Part shown: positions 17,350 to 22,057 of the stretch, one piece after another
Layout: every line of letters starts with the position of its first letter
How positions within the stretch are numbered: the stretch's first letter is position 1
Source: a virus
Taxonomy: Duplodnaviria; Heunggongvirae; Uroviricota; Caudoviricetes
Strand: one strand, 5' to 3'
DNA: 22,057 nt
IMG/VR virus record: IMGVR_UViG_2740892443_000002
The notes under the pieces: model-generated
The model's database searches: none
What the model was told of the DNA's origin: nothing
The model's input: the letters and a program-made list of their open reading frames with translations, nothing else
Program-made: the position numbers and the translations under genes

Positions 17350-18446
17350 ATTTCAGCTCTGAACTGCTTAACAAAGGCAACAAAACTCCCGCATTCAGCA
17401 TCAGTATTGAGGGCAGGGATATCACCACTGTGCTGGATAACCGCCTGATGAGTTTGACGCTGACGGATAACCGGGGCTTTGAAGCGGACCAGCTTGATCT
17501 GGAGCTGGATGACGCTGACGGAAAAATCGTGCTGCCGCGCCGTGGTGCGGTTATTACGCTGGCGCTGGGCTGGAAGGGGCAGCCGCTTTTCCCGAAAGGG
17601 GCATTCACAGTGGACGAGATTGAACACACTGGCGCACCGGACCGCCTGACTATCCGGGCGCGAAGTGCTGATTTTCGGGAAACGCTGAATACCCGCCGTG
17701 AAAAATCGTGGCATAAGACTACCGTCGGGGAAGTGGTGAAGGAAATAGCCGCGCGGCACAAGCTGAAGATGGCACTGGGTAAAGACCTGTCGGATAAGCC
17801 CGTGGAGCATATAGACCAGACTAATGAGAGTGACGGCAGTTTTCTGATGCGGCTGGCGCGACAGTACGGTGCCATCGCGTCGGTGAAAAATGGCAATCTG
17901 TTATTCATCCGGCAGGGGCAGGGCAAAAGCGCCACTGGTAAACCTCTGCCAGTGATCACTCTCACACGCAAGGACGGCGACAGTCACCGATTTACCCTGG
18001 CAGATCGCGGAGCCTACACGGGCGTAATTGCCAGCTGGTTGCATACCCGCGAACCTGCGAAGAAAGAAAGCACCACGGTGAAGCGTAAGCGCAGAACTAA
18101 GAAGCAGAAGAAAGAGCCAGAAGCGAAGCAGGGCGATTACCTGGTGGGTACGGATGAAAACGTGCTGGTACTTAATCGCACTTATGCCAACCGGAGCAAC
18201 GCTGAACGGGCAGCGAAAATGCAGTGGGAACGCCTGCAACGCGGCGTTGCGTCATTCTCGCTACAACTGGCGGAAGGGCGGGCAGATCTCTACACAGAAA
18301 TGCCTGTGAAGGTCAGTGGCTTTAAACAGCCGATAGATGATGCGGAATGGACCATTACGACTCTGACGCATACCGTCAGCCCGGATAACGGTTTTACGAC
18401 CAGTCTGGAGCTTGAAGTGAGGATTGATGATTTCGAAATGGAATGA
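17346..18446 (+). CDS. D: Tail protein D / late control gene D, P2 gpD family (366 aa, GTG start)
   Basis: Position between U and ogr and size class (P2 D ~387 aa); GTG start overlapping the U stop (GTGA). Confidence 0.8.
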   Translation: MNFSSELLNKGNKTPAFSISIEGRDITTVLDNRLMSLTLTDNRGFEADQLDLELDDADGKIVLPRRGAVITLALGWKGQPLFPKGAFTVDEIEHTGAPDRLTIRARSADFRETLNTRREKSWHKTTVGEVVKEIAARHKLKMALGKDLSDKPVEHIDQTNESDGSFLMRLARQYGAIASVKNGNLLFIRQGQGKSATGKPLPVITLTRKDGDSHRFTLADRGAYTGVIASWLHTREPAKKESTTVKRKRRTKKQKKEPEAKQGDYLVGTDENVLVLNRTYANRSNAERAAKMQWERLQRGVASFSLQLAEGRADLYTEMPVKVSGFKQPIDDAEWTITTLTHTVSPDNGFTTSLELEVRIDDFEME

Positions 18447-18536
18447 TTCTTCGCAATGGAGAACTTTTAAGTTTGCAAAATGGAATAATGCGGTATCATT
18501 ATTGTGAATTTAGCAAAAATGGGGAGAGCTCGAAAA

Positions 18537-18755
18537 ATGATGATTTGCCCACTGTGTGGAAGTGCCGCCCATACTCGCAGCAGTTTTCAGGTATCTTCAT
18601 TGACCAAAGAGCGTTACAACCAGTGCCAGAACATTAACTGCAGCCATACTTTTGTTACCCATGAAACTTTTGTTCGTTCGATTGCAACGCCAAAAGAGTC
18701 AAATCCGGTTCAGCCGCATCCAATGAAATCAGGACAGGTGGCGCTCTCTCTTTGA
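18537..18755 (+). CDS. ogr: Late-gene transcriptional activator, Ogr/Delta/B zinc-finger family (72 aa from ATG at 18537)
   Basis: Translation MMICPLCGSAAHTRSSFQVSSLTKERYNQCQNINCSHTFVTHETF...PHPM.SGQ parallels remembered P2 Ogr (MFHCPLCQHAAHARTSRYITDTTKERYHQCQNVNCSATFITYESV...PHPLPSGQ), including the C-x2-C...C-x4-C zinc site. GGGGAGAG at 18521-18528. Confidence 0.85.
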   Translation: MMICPLCGSAAHTRSSFQVSSLTKERYNQCQNINCSHTFVTHETFVRSIATPKESNPVQPHPMKSGQVALSL

Positions 18756-18835
18756 CGCTGCCGCCATTTTGTCGCCATCGTTAAAGAATAGTGCTTCTAA
18801 CATCATGATTTTAAACAGCTTAAATTTCAGACAAC

Positions 18836-18877
18836 AAAAAACCCATCAACCTTGAACCGAAATGGCGGGGTTGATGG
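18836..18877 (-). terminator. Intrinsic terminator for ybjL (minus strand): 10-bp stem CCCATCAACC/GGTTGATGGG followed by a U-run
   Basis: Stem arms at 18841-18850 and 18868-18877; on the minus strand the hairpin is followed by TTTTT (plus 18836-18840 AAAAA). Lies ~115 nt downstream of the ybjL stop. Confidence 0.6.
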
Positions 18878-18990
18878 GCTCCACAAAATGGGGACATCAA
18901 AGAAAAGCAGTGGCACTAATTAAGACTGATGCCCTGCGGAAAAGTTCTGCGGTTGTGCAAAAAAATTTCATTTTCAGGGCAACTTCAGTT

Positions 18991-20676
18991 TTATCCTAAT
19001 CCTGGCCATACCATGACGATGATTGTCCCTGCCAGCGTCAGCAGGACGTTGGCGATTGCATAGGTGCCCGCATAGCCCAGCGCCGGGATGTTACTGCGAG
19101 CTGTATCACTGATGATCTCCATTGCCGGCGCGCAGGTACGTGCGCCCATCATTGCGCCGAACAACAGTGCGCGGTTCATTCGCAATACATAAGCACCGAA
19201 CAAGAAACAGATAACCACGGGCACCAGACTGACAATCAATCCGGCAATCAACATCTGACCGCCAATCGCGCCCAGGCCGTTATTAATACCGCTACCGGCG
19301 CTCAGACCAACGCCTGCCATAAACACCATCAAGCCGAACTCTTTCACCATGCTTAATGCACCTTGCGGAATGTAACCGAAGGTCGGGTGGTTAGCACGCA
19401 TAAAGCCCAGCATAATTCCGGCGAATAACAACCCGGCAGCGTTCCCCATGCCGAAACTGAATGTGCTGAACTGGAAGGTGATCATCCCGATCATCAGCCC
19501 AATAACAAAGAAGGCGCAAAATGCCAGCAGGTCAGTGACCTGGCTGTGAATCGAGATAAAGCCGATGCGATCGGCGATGGTTTTTACGCGACGGGCATCA
19601 CCGCTGACTTGTAAAACGTCACCTTTGTTAAGCACGACGTTGTCATCTATCGGCATCTCAATCTGGCTACGAATGACGCGGTTAAGGAAGCAACCGTGAT
19701 CGGTCAACTTCAGTTGTGCGAGACGTTTACCTACAGCGTTATGGTTTTTAACGACCACTTCTTCAGTGACGATACGCATGTCGAGAAGGTCACGATCGAA
19801 AACTTCTTTACCGTTACGGAAGCTGGGATCGAGTCGGGCATGGGCGTCGGGATAGCCTACCAACGCTATTTCATCGCCCATTTGTAGCACGGCATCACCG
19901 TCTGGATTTGCCAGAATCCCGTTACGTCGAATACGTTCAATGTAGCAGCCGGTTTGTCGATAAATACCCAGTTCACGCAGATTTTTGCCGTCGGTCCAGG
20001 CCACCAGCTCCGGGCCGACGCGATAGGCGCGGATCACCGGTAAATAAACCTTACGGTTGGCATCAGTGTCCAGGCCACGTTCGCGGGCGATTTGCTGGGC
20101 GCTGGTCTGTAAGTCCTGATGCTGCAATTTCGGCAAGTAACGCGCACCAACAATCAAACTCACCAGACCGATTAAATAGGTTAAGGCATACCCGAGGCTC
20201 AGATTATCCAGTGCCAGTGAGAGCTGCCTGCTTTCCATGCCGGAATGACGCAGTGTATCGCCAGCACCGACCAGAACCGGTGTCGACGTCATAGAGCCTG
20301 CTAACATACCGGCCGTCAGGCCAATATCCCAGCCAAACAGCTTACCTAACCCTAAGGCGATCACCAGCGCACTGCCAACCATCACCAGTGCTAACATTAG
20401 GTAATTTTTCCCATCGCGAAAAAAAATGGAAAAAAAGTTCGGTCCGGCTTCGACCCCGACGCAGAAAATAAACAGCATAAAGCCAAGATTAAGCGCATCG
20501 GTGTTAATGCTGAAATGTTGTTGGCCTAATAACAGCGATACGACTAAAACGCCAATGGAATTACCCAGTTGGATCGAACCAAGTCGTAACTTTCCGAGAC
20601 ATAGCCCAAGCGCGAGGACCACAAATAATAACAGAATGTAATTCCCATTTAACAATTCGGCGACGTTTATATTCAC
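18991..20676 (-). CDS. ybjL: Putative transporter YbjL (AspT/YidE/YbjL family, 561 aa)
   Basis: Translation [29 protein letters not shown]... and length 561 aa match what I recall of E. coli YbjL; multi-TM protein with central soluble domains. Confidence 0.9.
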
Positions 20677-20945
20677 GGAGGCTAACTTCTTGTTTACTAG
20701 TAAGCTGTTGAAAGAAATGGTAATTTACGATAATGTTTTTTACCAGAATTCAGGGCGCAGATTCATTCAGCGCACCTAAACGATAGTAAAGTAACAATAT
20801 ATTTTACTAGTGTAATCACATTAGGTATCAACGGCTATATGAATTGCGTTGGCCTATATTAGCATGGAATGCGAAGCGGCTTTATCTTACTGAACGCCAC
20901 ACTGGCGAAAAATGTGTTCGATAGACGCAGTGTCAGGAGGAACGA

Positions 20946-21323
20946 GTGAAACATAAACAACGTTGGGCGGGGGCAATCTGCTGTTTTGTCCTCTTCATTG
21001 TGGTGTGCCTTTTTCTGGCGACGCACATGAAAGGCGCTTTTCGGGCTGCCGGGCATCCTGAAATCGGCTTGCTATTTTTCATTCTTCCTGGAGCAGTGGC
21101 CAGCTTCTTTTCACAGCGTAGAGAAGTCCTGAAACCTCTGTTTGGCGCAATGCTGGCGGCACCCTGTTCGATGCTCATTATGCGGCTGTTTTTTTCACCG
21201 ACGCGCTCATTCTGGCAAGAGCTGGCATGGTTACTAAGCGCGGTGTTCTGGTGTGCGCTGGGGGCACTGTGTTTCTTATTTATCAGTAGTTTGTTTAAAC
21301 CACAGCACAGAAAAAATCAGTAA
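20946..21323 (+). CDS. ybjM: Inner-membrane protein YbjM (125 aa, GTG start)
   Basis: Conserved E. coli gene order ybjL-ybjM-grxA-ybjC-nfsA; 125 aa hydrophobic protein; AGGAGG at 20935-20940 before GTG 20946. Confidence 0.8.
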   Translation: MKHKQRWAGAICCFVLFIVVCLFLATHMKGAFRAAGHPEIGLLFFILPGAVASFFSQRREVLKPLFGAMLAAPCSMLIMRLFFSPTRSFWQELAWLLSAVFWCALGALCFLFISSLFKPQHRKNQ

Positions 21324-21343
21324 AGCCCTCAACGCGAGGGCTT
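21323..21343. terminator. Hairpin between convergent ybjM and grxA (AAGCCCTC-AACGC-GAGGGCTT), possible bidirectional terminator
   Basis: 8-bp stem read directly; T-run on the minus strand is a few nt from the stem (plus 21311-21316 AAAAAA), none on the plus strand, so weak. Confidence 0.35.
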
Positions 21344-21352
21344 GTCAGACGA

Positions 21353-21610
21353 TCAGGCGTCCAGATTTTCTTTCACCCATGCAGCAAAATCGGTATAGCC
21401 GCCGATATGTTGCTGATCGACAAAAATCTGCGGCACGGTTTCTACGGGTTTACCTGCCTTTTGTTGTAGATCTTCTTTAGTGATCCCTTCCGCACGAATA
21501 TCTACATACTGATACTGAAAATCATCGCGTTCATTGCTCAATTTCTCAGCCAGATCTTTTGCACGCACACAGTAAGGGCAACCCGAACGACCAAAAATAA
21601 CGGTTTGCAT
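21353..21610 (-). CDS. grxA: Glutaredoxin 1 (85 aa from ATG at 21608-21610)
   Basis: Translation MQTVIFGRSGCPYCVRAKDLAEKL... with the CPYC active site matches remembered E. coli GrxA; the ORF-track start 5 codons upstream is not used. Confidence 0.9.
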   Translation of the reverse strand: MQTVIFGRSGCPYCVRAKDLAEKLSNERDDFQYQYVDIRAEGITKEDLQQKAGKPVETVPQIFVDQQHIGGYTDFAAWVKENLDA

Positions 21611-21769
21611 TATTTCTCTCCTCATAGATTTATGCCTGTAATGATCACGCTAAAATGTATTCGCTGAAAGTAGGTTTAACCTGTTGCATTAATTGCTAAA
21701 AGCTATAACTGTTAAACACAATACAGTGAAAAGTTTTAGACTGAAGGCTCACTTTGCAGAGGGAAGCGT

Positions 21770-22057
21770 ATGCGCGCGATCGGTAAATTGCCTAAAGGCG
21801 TGTTGATACTGGAATTTATCGGAATGATGCTACTGGCGGTGGCGCTGCTGTCGGTAAGCGACTCCCTGTCGCTGCCTGAGCCATTTTCTCGGCCAGAAGT
21901 GCAGATTCTGATGATTTTTCTCGGTGTTTTGCTCATGCTTCCCGCTGCGGTGGTGGTTATTCTTCAGGTGGCAAAACGTCTTGCCCCACAGCTGATGAAC
22001 CGTCCACCGCAATATTCACGTTCAGAAAGAGAAAAAGATAATGACGCCAACCATTGA
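21770..22057 (+). CDS. ybjC: Membrane protein YbjC (95 aa; stop at 22055-22057)
   Basis: Conserved position upstream of nfsA; 95 aa with hydrophobic segments; TGA at the window end. Confidence 0.85.
   Translation: MRAIGKLPKGVLILEFIGMMLLAVALLSVSDSLSLPEPFSRPEVQILMIFLGVLLMLPAAVVVILQVAKRLAPQLMNRPPQYSRSEREKDNDANH
22041..22057 (+). CDS. nfsA: Start of nitroreductase NfsA (first 5 codons only: MTPTI...), truncated by the window end
   Basis: ATGACGCCAACCATTGA encodes MTPTI(E), matching the remembered NfsA N-terminus; overlaps the end of ybjC in another frame as in E. coli. Confidence 0.5.

Larger units (their letters stand above)
1..18833. mobile_element. Defective P2/186-family prophage (int to ogr); attL lies beyond the window start, right boundary somewhere in 18756-18833
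   Basis: Synteny int-cI-apl-cII-early genes-A-cos-Q-P-O-N-M-(deletion)-T'-U-D-ogr matches P2/186 prophage order; followed by host core genes. Right boundary placed before the ybjL terminator hairpin. Boundaries are inferred, att core not identifiable without attL. Confidence 0.85.

Noticed and set aside
1-22057. Checked for tRNA/tmRNA integration targets, CRISPR repeats, IS elements or transposase genes
   Set aside because: No cloverleaf-like conserved tRNA sequence, no regularly spaced short repeats, and no transposase-like ORFs or terminal inverted repeats were recognised by eye.

Overview
The window is the junction between a defective P2/186-family prophage (about 1-18830) and conserved E. 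coli-type core genes (ybjL, ybjM, grxA, ybjC, start of nfsA; 18991-22057). All calls rest on reading the supplied ORF translations against remembered protein families and on motifs read directly in the DNA; no search or computation was run. The prophage has a 186-type lysogeny module (int, cI, apl, cII), an early/replication operon (small ORFs, TraR/DksA-type zinc finger, Dam methylase, rolling-circle initiator A), then a LexA-box-controlled cassette with a DinI-like gene, then AT-rich cargo flanking a cos-like site, then the packaging/head genes Q, P, O, N, M. After M the element jumps straight to the C-terminal part of a tape-measure-like protein, then U, D and ogr: the lysis genes and nearly all tail genes are missing. 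The most interesting region is the cargo between gene A and the portal gene (about 7200-9760), the position where P2-like phages carry anti-phage defence genes. It holds a membrane-anchored protein with its own promoter and terminator, and a zinc-ribbon protein with a DUF4145/HEPN-like C-terminal domain inserted between cos and Q. Neither matches a system I can name, so they are the best candidates for an undescribed defence or abortive-infection function. No tRNA, rRNA, CRISPR array or IS element was seen.
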